A stretch of DNA of 60,494 bases, counting the filler, from Circinaria calcarea (Eukaryota): NCBI GenBank assembly GCA_051942165.1. It is 9 parts of 9 records of this genome, joined end to end, with 100 filler letters (N's around TTAATTAATTAA, not from the genome) between each part and the next. Parts side by side here need not be neighbours in the genome. Positions count along the whole stretch, not along the records: positions 40,432 to 47,055 come from JAVECS010001535.1; positions 47,156 to 53,779 come from JAVECS010001536.1; positions 53,880 to 60,494 come from JAVECS010001537.1; 6 more parts are not named here. One strand, 5' to 3'. The notes beneath the pieces were generated by a model. The model searched no databases, was not told the origin of the DNA, and was given only the letters and a program-made list of their open reading frames with translations. Of the stretch, positions 46,112 to 59,474 are shown piece after piece. The translations under genes and the position numbers were made by a program. Each line of letters begins with the position of its first letter. The first letter of the stretch is position 1.

Positions 46112-46619
46112 GGTGAGGCGCAACGACATTCAAGGGGTTCTCAGCATATCGAGCTTACATGGACAGCGTCATAGTCTTACCATTAAGAGAGCATGAAGCT
46201 TTATTGCCACAATTGTTTTGGAGTACCTTCGCAGCAAAGTCTTCCGTTATATTGTATTTACCATCCCCAAGACGCACAGGATGATAGGCTTGGGAAGAAG
46301 GTTAACCGGGCACTCGAATATGGAAGAGCAGCCTTGACCCTCTTGCCGCCCATTGCGGCGAGATAGAGCCTCTTGTGCAATCTGACGCAAGTGCAAATTG
46401 TATTACTTGACTCTCTCCTTTACCTGATTAACAGGCATGACGAATAAGTCGTCGGCGAACGCTGAATGACTAACAACGCGATTCAGCGCTAAGGCGATCA
46501 TGTCGACTGCTTCAGGTCACATTCCGTCTGCTCACCACACGGCCTGCCTTTATGTATCTCAGCAAAACCCTAAGCCACGCCCATTCCCATAAGCTGCTGT
46601 TGTATCTTTGTATTATGGC

Positions 46620-47055
46620 ATGGCTGAAGAAGACACTCTTGCCAACGCGCCCCTGATCGGACAAGACTCCGACGAGAGCTCGGATCAACATGGGACCCGC
46701 CAAAGGAGCATCCTCTATACAGATGCGGCGCTTACTACTTTCATTTGGGCCCTTACCTTGACGGCAGGTATTAGTGGCCTACTCTTTGGCTATGAGTAAG
46801 CTGCCATCCACCCCCGTTGTGGAGGAGCCTCTGTAATGACATTTCCGCAGCACCGGCGTGATATCCTCTACACTTGTATCCATCGGCTCAGACCTTTCGA
46901 AGCGTCCCCTTACGACGCTGGACAAGAGTCTCGTAACGTCATGCACCAGCTTCTTCGCTCTGGTCGCTAGTCCCATTGCGGGCTCTTTGGCGGACAGACT
47001 GGGCAGGAGGTGGGTTATTGTCATTGCGGATGCTCTGTTCATCGTCGGCGCTCTA
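46620..47055 (+). CDS. Sugar porter (myo-inositol transporter-like) MFS, 3' truncated
   Basis: AGISGLLFGYD/TGVISSTLVSIGSDL..LTTLDKSLVTSCTS...LADRLGRR; intron at about 46795-46850. Confidence 0.9.
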
Positions 47056-47155
47056 NNNNNNNNNNNNNNNNNNNNNNNNNNNNNNNNNNNNNNNNNNNNT
47101 TAATTAATTAANNNNNNNNNNNNNNNNNNNNNNNNNNNNNNNNNNNNNNNNNNNN
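47056..47155. other. Artificial contig spacer
   Basis: N44-TTAATTAATTAA-N44. Confidence 0.99.
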
Positions 47156-47666
47156 GTTATCGCAAACTATGCTCCTTGGTCCGGTGTTTACATGTTCCAC
47201 TGCCACAACCTGGTGCATGAAGACCACGACATGATGGCCGCCTTCAACGTTAGTGATGTCGATCTGACGGCTTACGGCTATGGAGAAGAGGTACCCACTT
47301 CTCAGGACCAACCTACCGAACTCTTCCAAGCTAACCGACTTCAATCAGGTGTCTTTGGGCGATCCTATGCTGCCCCTCTTCCGCGCCAGGCCTTTCACAG
47401 GCACCGACCTCGCCACCGTGCAGAGCGTCACCCTGCCCTTCTTTCAACGCCTCAAAGCCTACCCTGATGCCCAGGCCGTAGAGGCGGCCTTGGCTTCGTA
47501 CTACGCCGCTCCAGCGACGGCCGCTCCCCCGGCAGGGCCAACCACCTTCTCGACAAGAACGTTCGGGGGAAGTACAAGCATTTCAACCACAAGAATATCA
47601 AGTAGAAGCTCCAGCACCAGGACATCCGTTCGAAGTACAAGCACGACAACGTCGGTTCGTCGTTGA
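47156..47666 (+). CDS. Multicopper oxidase, bilirubin-oxidase type, 3' end only
   Basis: ANYAPWSGVYMFHCHNLVHEDHDMMAAFNV (T1 Cu ligands with axial Met); intron 47291-47348; S/T-rich tail. Confidence 0.9.
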
Positions 47667-48893
47667 GGGTAGGCATTTACATCGGGGTATTGTTATGTAC
47701 ATGATTTAGCAACGGACTAAGCGAGTAAACTGAAGAGTTAAGAGCTATGCATATCACGTTGTCTGGCGTTTGTTCGTGTACATCTAGCGTTATGAGTAAT
47801 CTTGGTCATAAGGGGAAAAAATGGTATAGTATGCTACAGTAGTTAGAGAAATTTGCCTTGCCTGAGCGATAGTGCGCAGGAACAACTAGTCAAGCTAGTA
47901 CTTTAGATAGCGAGTGGGGAGTTGTAAAGATATATGTCATACGGCCAGCATACGAATGTCAAAGTCTTAACGCTCCAAATAGGCGCATCGTCTTTACATA
48001 AGTACCTACCAAGTGTAATATCAATTAGCCCCCCCTCCCCCGGGGCGCCCGGGGGACCCTTCCTTTTCAGAGCCACTACTCCGTACAGAGTACAAAGGAC
48101 GTTTTCAAACCCCGGTTGCCGTTGCAATAACCCCCCCCTTTGGTAACTCGCCTGCCTCTAGCTTAAGATGGAAAACCGAAAACTTGAAACGTTAACTTTT
48201 TGCGGTTTTTTGGGGGCGGTTTTTGGGGGTGGTGTTCGCACGGATGGGTTTGGAAAGGGATCGGGTGGTGAGAGGTTGAGGGGAAGGGGGAAGGGAAGGG
48301 GGTTTATGCCTCAGGCTGGTAGAGATGGAAGTTAGGTCGTATATAGAGCTCGTGTGAAGCCAGCGCGGAGCTACTGTAAATTATAACTAGTGGCAAAAGC
48401 TTCAACTACACTTCCGTTAGTAATATAACGAACCTGTTACAGATCACAGGGCTATTTTATGGCTGTTTTACTGTCACTGCTGCCGGCGTGCCTGTTCCCT
48501 TTACCTTAGGAGTAAGGCTGATCATGTTTGGGTTATATTTGGGTTTAGGCTGGTAGGGTTGGTAGGGTAGCCTTGTTAGCTGGATCTCGGGCCGTCGGAA
48601 CTCCGGAGGACCGAGGAGCGTATATTTTGGTACGCTATTGCGGTTGGCTTGTTTATGTCTTCTGATTTGGAACTTCACCCCATTCATGATAGCAGCGAAT
48701 CGTTCTTTCACTGTCCACCATCGTACCTGCGAACCGGTCCGCCTTAGTGCAACGACCCGAAGCATTAGACCTAGCGGACTCTTATCATCAGCTCTGCTGC
48801 GCGAGGCAGGGTCAACGGCAATCATTCCTGTTATGGCAGTCGCTACCGCACCAATCTATACATGGATGTGGTTCTGCATTCGGTGGGTGCCCG

Positions 48894-49446
48894 ATTTCTG
48901 GGGTGGCTGGCTTTTTTCTCGCTTAATTTGTATGGGTCGGAAATTAGTATCATTTTAGGCACTATAGTAGTAGTAAAAAGTCAGCCACCCCGAAGTGAAG
49001 CTAAAGTAAAGCCGAATTTAGCGTCATTTAGCCCCATCAGTTTAATGCGTAACGACCTCACTATGAAGGAATTCGTCTTTAATTTTCCACTATGGGGCGG
49101 GCGGAATTAAGCAAAAATCCCACCAAATTTTCATGCCCCATAATAGAAGATTAAATACCAACTCCTTCGTAATTTGGGTACCATTTTATATACCAATTTA
49201 GGTACCCTAAACCATATACTGCGCCACTGCCAGAAGAGACCTTGCCGATACTCTATTCCACCTCCCGTTTTAAATACAGTGCTTAGGCGGTGCAGAAAGC
49301 TAAAGATTCGCTGCGTAAATTGCCGACTTTAAAATCCTTAATACCTTTTATTATACAGAGCTAATAATTAGCGGATCGTGGGTAATGTTTTTCCGAGATG
49401 TCATAATTCGCGCAACAATTAAGCGAAAGCCAGCCACCCCAGAAAT
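48894..49446. repeat. Nested inverted repeats (foldback or transposon relic)
   Basis: Outer arms 48894-48928 and 49417-49446 (ATTTCTGGGGTGGCTGGCTT...CGCTTAATT), a partial third copy at 48975-48996, and inner 39-bp arms 49060-49098 and 49135-49173. Confidence 0.75.
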
Positions 49447-50349
49447 GGGGGGTGCGGGGCATGGACGGGACTGGAAAGTAACATGTTGAATTAGGTAGGC
49501 TGTGGGATAACATGAGGGCCTGGGCCTGGATCATCCAATAATCAGATGCCGGCTCTGTTACACAACTTCTGCACAACAGCCGTGCCAGCCAGCAGTGTCA
49601 TGAGGTTTTGAAGATACCAGTTAAGCTGCTCGACGCTCATTTCGAAACTCACAACTCTCAGTTATGGGTTGCTTTGAGCAATTCAAGTGACGGCGATGAA
49701 GAGCTCGCTTTATCAACGAAGCTCGATTGATAACTGTTTCAGGGTTGAAGCATAGTAATGTCTGTCAGACAGAGATGTCGGTGCTAGGCAATTTATGACG
49801 CAGTGGCCTGAGTGGGATGCCTTAGGTTGGTGTTCTCTTGCCCAATTCTCTGAATGCTTGTGACCGTCTGCACGAGAAGTGTAGATCATGGAGGTACGGA
49901 GCACAATATTGCTGCAATCTGCATATCAACTGCCTTTGTGAGGCGCAGCCGGCATCAACGCTAGGTGGTGCTGTACGTCCATGGTACCACCACCAATCGC
50001 GTGGTATGGCTCGAACACAAGGCTGTAGAGACTCTGTATTGACCCTACTGCTATAAGCCTACCTTGTAGCCATCTTCCTTGATGCTTTCCTAACAGAATT
50101 TACATGGCGGAATAGTCCCTGGTTTTATTTCTGATATCATATGTGAATATCCTCTTCTCGAACTATTCCCAACGTTGGCTTGATTCTGCCTCGATATAGA
50201 AGTTTCTAGCCAGGCTGACAGCGCCTTGAACCTGCGAGTACAGTCAGAGGATCGAAGAAGGTTAACTTGCTTCACCGTTAAGGGCCGTTTGGCCTTTTTT
50301 GTACACTGGCTGCTGATATGCATTCAGGTGTCTGATAGTCCTATAGTCT

Positions 50350-52846
50350 ATGGATCCTCTTTCCATCACCGCAGGCATTATTGCCGTTCTTGGTGCTGGT
50401 GGAAATGTCGCCGGTGGCCTGAGCAAGATTCGAGAACTGAAACGAGCGCCTGACGGCCTACTACAGCTGAATAACGAGGTTACCGATTTACAGCTTTTGG
50501 TTCAGGCCACTGATGAGTTATATCGGCAACATAACGAGACGACGGCGATTCAACAAGAGGTCGTTTGCAATGCACTCGAGCGGGCCAAGCATACAGTCCT
50601 AGAATTAGAAAAGCTCATTGGATATACGTTGACCAAGGAGACAGCTGCGGGTACGGAGGTTGATCGCGTAAACTGGTTCCGCTACCATGTTAAGGTAAGG
50701 GACATGAGGGATACTCTGCGTGGCGTCAAAAGTGACTTAAACGCAGTATGGATGGTAATGACAAATAGGTATTGGATATGCAATGAGCATCCTCAAATGA
50801 CATCACTAATAATATTAGAATGGGATCCAGCCGTATAGAGTTACGATTACATCAAGTGTACGTTGCGACAGAAGAACTACGTTCAAATCAAATAGAGGAT
50901 CGCAACTTGTCAGCTGGCATAAGGCAAGATGTTTCTAACCAAGGCTATTTGCTAGAATCCGTTAAGCAAGAGCTGCTCCAGCGTCTAGAAGAAGGATCCT
51001 CCTCTCGAGCAACACGACATGCTGAGCAGCTGGCAGACCCACCTATGACACAGTCCTACAATGAGGCTGCCTGTGCGCCTGGGACCGATAGTGGGACTTT
51101 CCAGAGCGTATTCCAGTTGAAGCTCACGAAATGTCAAGGATGCCAAGCATTTTGCATCTGCTCCTGTCATCGACGAAGACAGTTCCGGAGCCCTTCAATA
51201 TTGGACTGCATTCTTGGTTCATTGTTTGTTGGTTACGTTGGTTTTCCTGGTAATAGGCGGAGCTGTGATTTTCCCGCGTGCCAAAAAAAATCAGAAAAGA
51301 CAGTGTCACTGAGATACATGTTTCCTGGCTGGCTTGTAAAGCGTATACTGATCACAAGAATGCTTTTTTCGAGTGCCAAAGGGCCAGAAATGCTCTTGCG
51401 ATGCTTAAGAGTCCGTCCCCGGAACTGCCAGTTCTTCGATTGCGTTAACCACTACCGCTATGACGTGAGTAGCCTGGATTTGATGCGGGTTTGTTTGAAA
51501 GATGGGAAAGGATCTGTACTCGATGTCGATGACAGGGGATTGTCAGCGCTCCACGTAGGTTAGTAATTATCTTTGCAGATATGGCTCCTAATACAGTGCT
51601 AGATGGCACTAGCAGACGTCGATTGGATGAATATGGCTATAGTAGGATTGCTCCTCGATGAGGGCGCTGATCCCTTACAGGAAGACCAGTTTTCAATGTA
51701 TGTAAAGTAAGTTGAGACTTAGGACAATGGCTTAAGATGCCTTTTAGGACACCGTACCAAATTGCTTGGCAAAATCACCTAGGGCAGCGAACTCACCCAC
51801 CATCTCATTGGGAATGGTTTCAAGCTTTTGACAAACGGGATCACCTTGAAACCTTGGGCTTTCAGGCACTGCATACTACAGTGTTGGGTCTGAATCTGAC
51901 AGACATGAGTTTCGAAAGCCAGCTAGCTTTAGTGCCTAGGGACGCAATAGACCAAAGAGATAGTACCGGAAGGACTGCTTTGTCATGGGCCTCCCAACGT
52001 GGTGATATCCAAAAAGTTGAAAAGTTGCTCATGAAGGGTGCAGATCCAAATGCTGCTGACTTCGAAGGAAAGACACCTTTACTTTGGTGCGCAAATGACG
52101 TGAAATGTCTCAATGCTCTGCTAGAAGCTGGAGCCTTTGTGGATACTGTCGACTCTAGGGGGACTTTAAAGCTGTTAAAGATTATATTCGGCGTCGATGA
52201 TACAGTTTATCTTGAAATACTATGGGCATACAAAGCCGATCTAAACCATCAAGGTTACCACAAGTTCACTGCCTTGCATATGGCAGCAAATCTCAATAGA
52301 GTGGATACTACGGAGTGGCTAATCCAAAAGGGTGCAAGCATAGATGTTTGTAACTTATACGGCCAGACGCCACTTCTTAGAGCAATAGACCAAAACTCTT
52401 GTGCAACCTTGAAGGTGTTGCTTGATAAAGGAGCTGACTATAGAATAAAAGACATGAATCGGGAAGGAGTCCTCCATACCCTAGCACGCTACGGGGATCT
52501 AAGCACTATATTTATTCTGCGGCAGGCAAGCCTCAGCTGCTTGGATATTGACGAGAGGAGTCTTTGCGGATTGAGTATTTATGAGAAAAGCCCCTATGGC
52601 AAAACAGCAATGGACTTGGCTGAGTGGAGGAGGGACCACAACACCGAGTGGTCTATGACCTGTTCAGATATATCGGAATCGGATCCGGGGAAATGGTTCA
52701 AAGCCTTCGTGGACCTTGTGGATTCAATTCGAGCCACGGACGTCGCCGACCGTTTTGGGGATTTTTGGACATCTCTCGACATGGACGGCAATCATAACTA
52801 CCCCCTGGACGACACGGCCAGATTCACTAACGGAAGAGAACCCTGA
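50350..52846 (+). CDS. HeLo-like/fungal STAND N-terminal domain + Cys/His-rich domain + ankyrin repeats, 4 exons
   Basis: MDPLSITAGIIAVLG...AP..L..L.NEV.DL N-terminus; CQGCQAFCICSCH...LGSLFVGY.G....CD..AC; ankyrins GRTALSWAS, GKTPLLW, TALHMAA, GQTPLLRAI; canonical introns near 50769, 51556 and 51698. Confidence 0.85.
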
Positions 52847-53779
52847 ATAAACTCGAAATGATACCTGGGCAAGGCGTTGGGAGAACGCTTCCTGGGAGCT
52901 ATCCGAGTCAGGAGGGCGAAGAGGCTTAGTGCGGGTACGCTCGCAGCGCTGCTGTTGGAGGAGGTGCCGGGACGATCAATGAAGTGAAAGAGTGGGATGG
53001 GTTGTTATGACTTGGTGCTGGTTACGGTTTACGCAATGCTGCCGATGGTGTTAACAGTGCAAGCGGAATGGAGTTTAGGGGGTTTTCTTGTTTTTGGAGA
53101 ACGACACTGTCACTATTGGAGCCTCAGCCTGGCTTTCTGGGGCTCTCTATTAGTTTCTTTTAGTGAATTTTGTGGATGCTCCTGGGGCCAGGGGCAGCGG
53201 CAGTCGCGATGTTCAGGCGGTATAAGGGACTACCCACCCAGTGCTGGGCACCAAGTCACCCTTTTAATTGCAAACACTCTTTCTGCATCTGCACCAACGC
53301 TTTGTTACTCCAGCAAATCTCTTACAGTCAACCGAACGGTATAGATTCCTAGTTATGATCTTGTCGATATGCTCTACTCAGCTTCATTCACTTCGTAGAA
53401 TCCACCGGTGCCGTGCTCCTTCCGCTCTATACTATATATTTTGATATCCATCAACCAGGCTCGAGATACACAAACCCGCCTTCCCTGCCTTGCTTCCCTC
53501 TGCTTCCCTGACAGAAGCGGCAGCGGGCAGAATGCTCTAGACGGAAGAGCCGCATAAATCAAACTTGCGAATCTTGCGATCCTATCCCTAATCCTCCGAT
53601 TACCCCATAGTTACCCACCGCACTCACAGAGCCCATGTACTAAAATTTCGATAACAATATTCTTTGTCTTCGCTATTCGTAGCGAAGAGTCCTCTCGACC
53701 GGTTGGATACCACCACTCTGCTATACCCTCCAAGCCAGCACCGGAAGCGATACAAAATCCCCGCCTCCTCCCCCTCCTC

Positions 53780-53879
53780 NNNNNNNNNNNNNNNNNNNNN
53801 NNNNNNNNNNNNNNNNNNNNNNNTTAATTAATTAANNNNNNNNNNNNNNNNNNNNNNNNNNNNNNNNNNNNNNNNNNNN
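53780..53879. other. Artificial contig spacer
   Basis: N44-TTAATTAATTAA-N44. Confidence 0.99.
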
Positions 53880-53899
53880 CTCAGACCCCAGACGCAACG

Positions 53900-56059
53900 A
53901 TGTGTGGCATCATAGGAATACTCCATACCCAGCCGTCTGAAACATCTGCCGCCAGCGAGCTTCACGAAGCCCTTTACCTTCTCCAGCACCGTGGTCAAGA
54001 TGCGTGTGTAGGTCTCTGCGCAATTCTTCTCCGTTTATGATGATCATGCCAGTCGATCTTACTTTTCGGGCACTGCTGCGAATTACAATTGTCCTTTGAA
54101 ATGAAGCATGCTGACTGCAAAGGGAATCGCCACCTGTGGACCTCGTGGAAAGATATACCAATGCAAGGGCAATGGCTTGGCCTCTAGGGTTTTTGGTGCC
54201 GATGGGGCAAGAGTAGGACATCTCCCAGGATGGATGGGAATTGGGCATCTCAGATATCCTACAGCCGGTAGCAGTGCGGATGCTGAAGCTCAACCATTCT
54301 ACGTCAATAGTCCGTACGGGATCTGCTTCGCCCACAATGGCACACTTATAAATGCTACGAAGCTGAGGGAATTCCTGGATCAGGAGGCACATAGGCATAT
54401 CAATACCGAGAGTGATAGTGAGGTCATGCTCAATGTTTTTGCACATGAGTTAAATGAAACTGGTAAGGCGCGTGTGAACGACAAGGATATATTCGCTGCC
54501 TTGAGGAAGATGTATGAACGTTGTGAAGGAGGCTGGGCATGTACTGCTATGCTTGCTGGTCAGTCATGTTTTTGTCGCAGGGATGTTCTATCTGATCCTG
54601 TTCAGGCTTCGGTTTGATAGGATTTCGTGATTCTTGGGGTATACGTCCACTTGTCTTAGGGTCTCGACCTTCAGGCAACAAATTAGGGAGAGACTATATG
54701 ATGGCTTCCGAAAGCGTTGCTCTCAAATTTCTCGGCTATAAAGACATTGTTGATATCCTTCCCGGACAAGCGGTCATAATACAACAAGGCCACGAACCTG
54801 TCTTCTTCGAAATCCAGAAACCAAAGGCCTACTCACCGGATATCTTCGTAGGCCTCTTATCAGATCGCAGGACCGAATTATACTAACAGCGATATAAATA
54901 GGAATATGTCTATTTCGCCCGCCCAGACTCAATCCTTGACAACATCTCCGTCGCCCGCTCCCGTGAGAATATGGGCACAAAACTCGCCTCTACTATTCGC
55001 TCCACACTCTCGCTCTCTGAGTTAACGTCCATCGACGTCGTAATTCCCATCCCTGAAACAGCCATCGCGTCCGCGCAGAAAGTCTCAAAAGCGCTTAAAA
55101 AGCCCTTCGCTCAGGGCTTCTGCAAGAATAGATACGTCTTTCGTAAGCCACAATCCGTAATCTCAAACTCAGTCACAATCCTTGGCTTCCGAGAATGGCT
55201 CGTGGCTGATACGCAAGTCCTTTGACAGAATAGTGCTGACTGCAAGTTTAATGTAGGGACCTTCATCATGCCCAACCAACGCACACGAGAGCTGGGCGTG
55301 CGCCGCAAGCTTAATGCAATGGAAGAGCAGTTTGCTGGGAAGAACGTCCTGCTCGTTGACGATAGTATTGTGCGCGGTACTACGTCGAGAGAGATTGTGC
55401 TTATGGCTAGGGAAGCAGGTGCGTATCATTCAAAGCTTTACGTCGAGAAACGGTTTTACTCATAGCTAGAAGGTGCGAAGAGTGTCTTCTTCGCAAGCTG
55501 TGCGCCACCGATTACGAACGCGCACATTTACGGTATTGATCTCGCCTCACCCTCAGAGTTAATCGCCCACCACAGGTCTGTAGATGCGATTGCGGAGTAT
55601 ATTGGTGCCGATAAGGTCATCTATCAGAATCTCGACGACCTGAAGGCGGCATGCGCAGAGGCTGCCGTGGAGGGTGCGAAACCGAGGAATTTCCTGGATT
55701 TTGAGGTCGGCGTTTTCTGCGGCAAGTACGTGACGCCGGTGGATGATGCCTACTTCGTGCATTTGGAACAAGTTCGTGGCGAAAGTCGGAAAATGAAAGT
55801 GATGGAAAGCGCAAGGGAAGCGGTTATGAGGGGCTTGGCGAACCCTAAAGAGATTGAAGCGGCCACCAATGGCCTCAAAGTTAATGAAGACGGGAAACTA
55901 GTACCGATAGCGCCTTCGACGCGGGATATGTTGAATGGTAATAGAAAGCGAGCGGCTACCGGAGACCAATACAGACGTTGCCGAGATCGAGACGAGGAGT
56001 TCGCACCGAGCCCGACGCTGAGTCAAGACGTCAGTCTGCATAATCTGAATGATGTGTGA
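53900..56059 (+). CDS. ADE4: Amidophosphoribosyltransferase, 6 exons
   Basis: MCGI Ntn start, [47 protein letters not shown] and [17 protein letters not shown] motif. Confidence 0.97.
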
Positions 56060-57939
56060 TGTACATGAAAATTTGGGAGCATATACCACCGATTCTTTGC
56101 ATTCGATGCAAGCTCAGGCGGTGATGAGACATGCAACTGAGGTACGCGCTCGCACTCTCATATTTGAACCCTGCGTCCCCTTCGAAAGAGGGGGTGTAAT
56201 CTGGAGGGTATCCTCCAGTGTATATTCCAGCTGTCTGTATGAGATCAAACTGTCGTTTGGGCTTCCATAATTATTTGGAGAGAACTATGCTAATATCTAT
56301 TTTGCCTGCGACTAGAGTAGGCACTCTCTATAGTGGGTATCTGGTGTGTCTGAATCTAGCTGCCTCCGAGGCCCAGCCCATTCTCGAAAGTGAGGTATAA
56401 ATAGGCTTGATCTAGTGAAACGAGGATGACTGGCATATGATGAAGCCATAGACGAGCTACTCCTTAAGGAACAAACTACAGTTTCAATAGATCGGGGCAC
56501 ATGTTGGGACGTTGGTGATATCTGATAAGCCGTCCAGTCGGATAAGCAGTAGCATCGGAGAAGTAGCTAGAAAAGACTCAAGGGTCGGGCCACCCACTTC
56601 GGGATTTAACTTTCAGGTTTAAGCATACTGTCCGAGTCCATCCGACACATCATATAGTTGCTTCCGGGAAGAACCTCTCGGGGTGGCCCGTTTGTTGACC
56701 TTGGGTATGGGTGCGACTTCTGATTAGGAGCCGCTGTCATGGGGACACGCTAGGGAGGGGCTTCAGTCTATCGATCATCGTGGCGGGAACATGGCCTAGC
56801 TAGGAATGAAAATAAATGCACGCTTCATATCCAACTTGCATGCCAGCAGGATTTGTCAGGCATGCTGATCGATTAGGTACAACTGTCCTCGTAGAGCGAC
56901 TTCAACGGTCGAGTCTAGTCCTACGTATCATCATCCTTAGCCTCTCGATGACGGAACATATCCTGAGATATCCTGGCAATACGGGTTTCGTGGGATGCAG
57001 ATCTAACAACCTGGCACATCGTGATGTTGGTTTTGAAGCACGTGGTTCACAGGAGTACTGTGGCTGCAAGGGCATAATCAATGGTAGCACGGTTTTCGAC
57101 CTCTGTGGACTCAACAAAAACGGCATAGCTTTGGATAAAAAAGCAAGTGTAAGATTGAGGGTATCCTCCGGTGTCTAATCCGGTATTGTGTACGAATGTA
57201 AAATGTGGTTTAGGCCTTTGATGACTATTGCGAAAAATGCCTGAGACGATATCAATCAAGGCTTATCTTCCTGCCGAGGTTGGCTACCCACGCTGCGTGG
57301 CTGCCTTAGGATGCGATGATCGCGTATGCCAAGCTTTCATTGGGACACATCCCACACCGCCGTTGAATCCAACCTTCATCTCTCCCACACCCATTCACAT
57401 AGCCTTTCACGCTATATGAGAATCGAGGAGACTCGTAGAAAAAGGTCGTTTTGGTGTGCCCTCCCACCAACAAGGCTAATCGCCAACCATTGCTTACTCC
57501 TGCTGTGATACTCCGAGCGTACATAACTCTCCGTTGTAGACCTCCTAGCGATTCCTATTTCATCCAAACATGCTAGCGCCTCAATCCAACAAGCCTAGGA
57601 GACAACAATTCCTAAACAGACCGTCATCGGACTGCTGATGGAGCTTCCCATCGAGCTGGCATAAGGCCTTGTCTGCCCGTCATCTAGAGCTATAGACGAC
57701 GAACTTTCCTATCTGATTATCGTTCCCTCGTTAAGCCTGTCTACAGTGTGGGCGGCGCATATCTACCCGTCTGGATAACGCGCTTGCAATGAGGCTCTTC
57801 GGCTGGCACTAGAGTGCAAGAAGCATATTCACTTTGTATATGCTCTTCCTTTGACTTCATCATTGGCCACTTTGGAGCAGGGTCATTTTTTTAAACCCAC
57901 CTGGGTTGATTTCCCCAGCCTCAAACCTTTTCAGACCCA

Positions 57940-59474
57940 ATGATGGAATTTTCCGTGAACATGGACCCCGATGTGTTAGACGAGATGTACAAAGGCGCCC
58001 AAGCTCAGGTGAAGTTCTTTATCAACGGAAGCACCGTATTAACTGCAGTGGCCTCTGCCGCCGTCCTGCTACGACTACTCGCAAGATGGAGGACAAAGGC
58101 CTCGTACGGAGCCGACGACCTGTGGATAAGCCTCAGCTTGATTCCCCTATGGTGCTTAGTAATTGCTGGAGCGTTCAGTGCGTGCCAACGTATTCGAGTT
58201 CCATCGGTGGTCTGCAGTTACTGACCATTTACTTGCCTGTAGTGGCCCAGGAAGGCGGAATGGGACTCTCATCTGACTACCTAACGCATACTCAGTCCGA
58301 TGTGTTTTACAAAGTAAGATCCTCGCAGCAGACTTTCTTCAGCTAGCTAATGTCGCTCCAGGTCCTCTTTGCCTCCTTCGTTCTCTACGCACTATCGATC
58401 ACAATCGTGAAGATTTCCATCCTGCAACTCTACCGTCGTGTGTTCACCATCCAACCATTCCGAAACCTCATCTATATCGTAGGCGGTATGTGCCTGATCT
58501 GGTTCCTTGTGGTGATTGGTGTATGCCTCTTCCAGTGCAGGCCGATTGTAGCGGCGTGGGATCGGACCGTTACGGGAAAGTGCATGGACCTGAAAGTTCT
58601 CTATTATGGTATTACAATCTCGAACATGATTCTAGATGTGGTTATCAACCTCATGCCGGTTAAGATGATTTGGAAACTCCAACTTCCTTTGAAGCAGCGT
58701 GTTCTGCTATTGTGCATTATGCTTGTGGGAATCATGTAAGTATACACCGAGTGGGTCCACAGGTCTTGCTCGCAAAGCTGATTGCAAAAATCACAGTGTC
58801 GTGGCTGCCAGCGTCGGTAGGATTGGATCTGTACCCCATCTTGTCGAAAGTGATGTCTCGGGTATGTCACCACCTTCTCAATCCACCGAGAGTGAACCAG
58901 GCTCGAGTCGGAGCAGCGACTGACACTTCCAATAGCCACCATTATGATGCCATTCCTCTACACCATTATCGAACCAGCATTTGCCATCGTTTGTGCCTGT
59001 TTACCAACATACCGACCTCTGTTTGTGTGGATATCCGCCCTGATCCCGTATCACTACGTGTGCTCCAACGTCGTGTCCTGGTTTAGTAGACCTAAACGAA
59101 GAGAACCAGGCAGCACTTCGAGCACACCTCTCTTCGCTCGTGTAACGAGTCCCACCACCCCGAACACTTGCAACGCGTACAGCCCAGACTTCAACACGTC
59201 CGAGAAATGGCCTAGGATCAGCTCTCCGGAGATCAGCAACCCACATTATATTCACGGCAGTCTGTTTCTTTTCGATCCTCCGCCAGTGCAGCCAAGAGGG
59301 GATTTACCGACGTGGATTGAGTTTCCTCCAAGAGCGAGACGGTGTGACGATGCTTGGGCCAAGGACACCGTGACGAGGGCGTGCGATAGTAGCGCCTTTC
59401 ATGGGCAGGATGACGATTCATTGATGATAGAAGTCAGTCCGCGAAACGTTCATGATAGTGTTGCGTTTGTCTGA
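57940..59474 (+). CDS. PTH11-like integral membrane protein (fungal rhodopsin domain, no CFEM), about 5 exons
   Basis: LRLLAR...YGADD, KISILQLYRRVF, FQCRPIVAAWD....C, MPVKMIWKLQLPLKQR, IIEPAFAIVCACLPTYRPL. Confidence 0.9.

Noticed and set aside
48435..49483. LTR bounded by TGTTAC...GTAACA
   Set aside because: No TSD, too long for the LTR type seen elsewhere here, and only a 6-bp terminal match
54035..54116. C/D-box snoRNA in ADE4 intron 1 (ATGATGA...CTGA)
   Set aside because: The CTGA is the branch site itself, there is no terminal stem and I recognise no rRNA guide
53910..54446. 178-aa minus-strand ORF and similar antisense ORFs over MET22, the P450, RTT109 and APM1
   Set aside because: Antisense shadows of well-supported genes on the other strand
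56520..56528. SreA-type ATCTGATAA iron-regulation site
   Set aside because: A single copy 1.4 kb from the nearest start, with no iron-related gene; expected by chance
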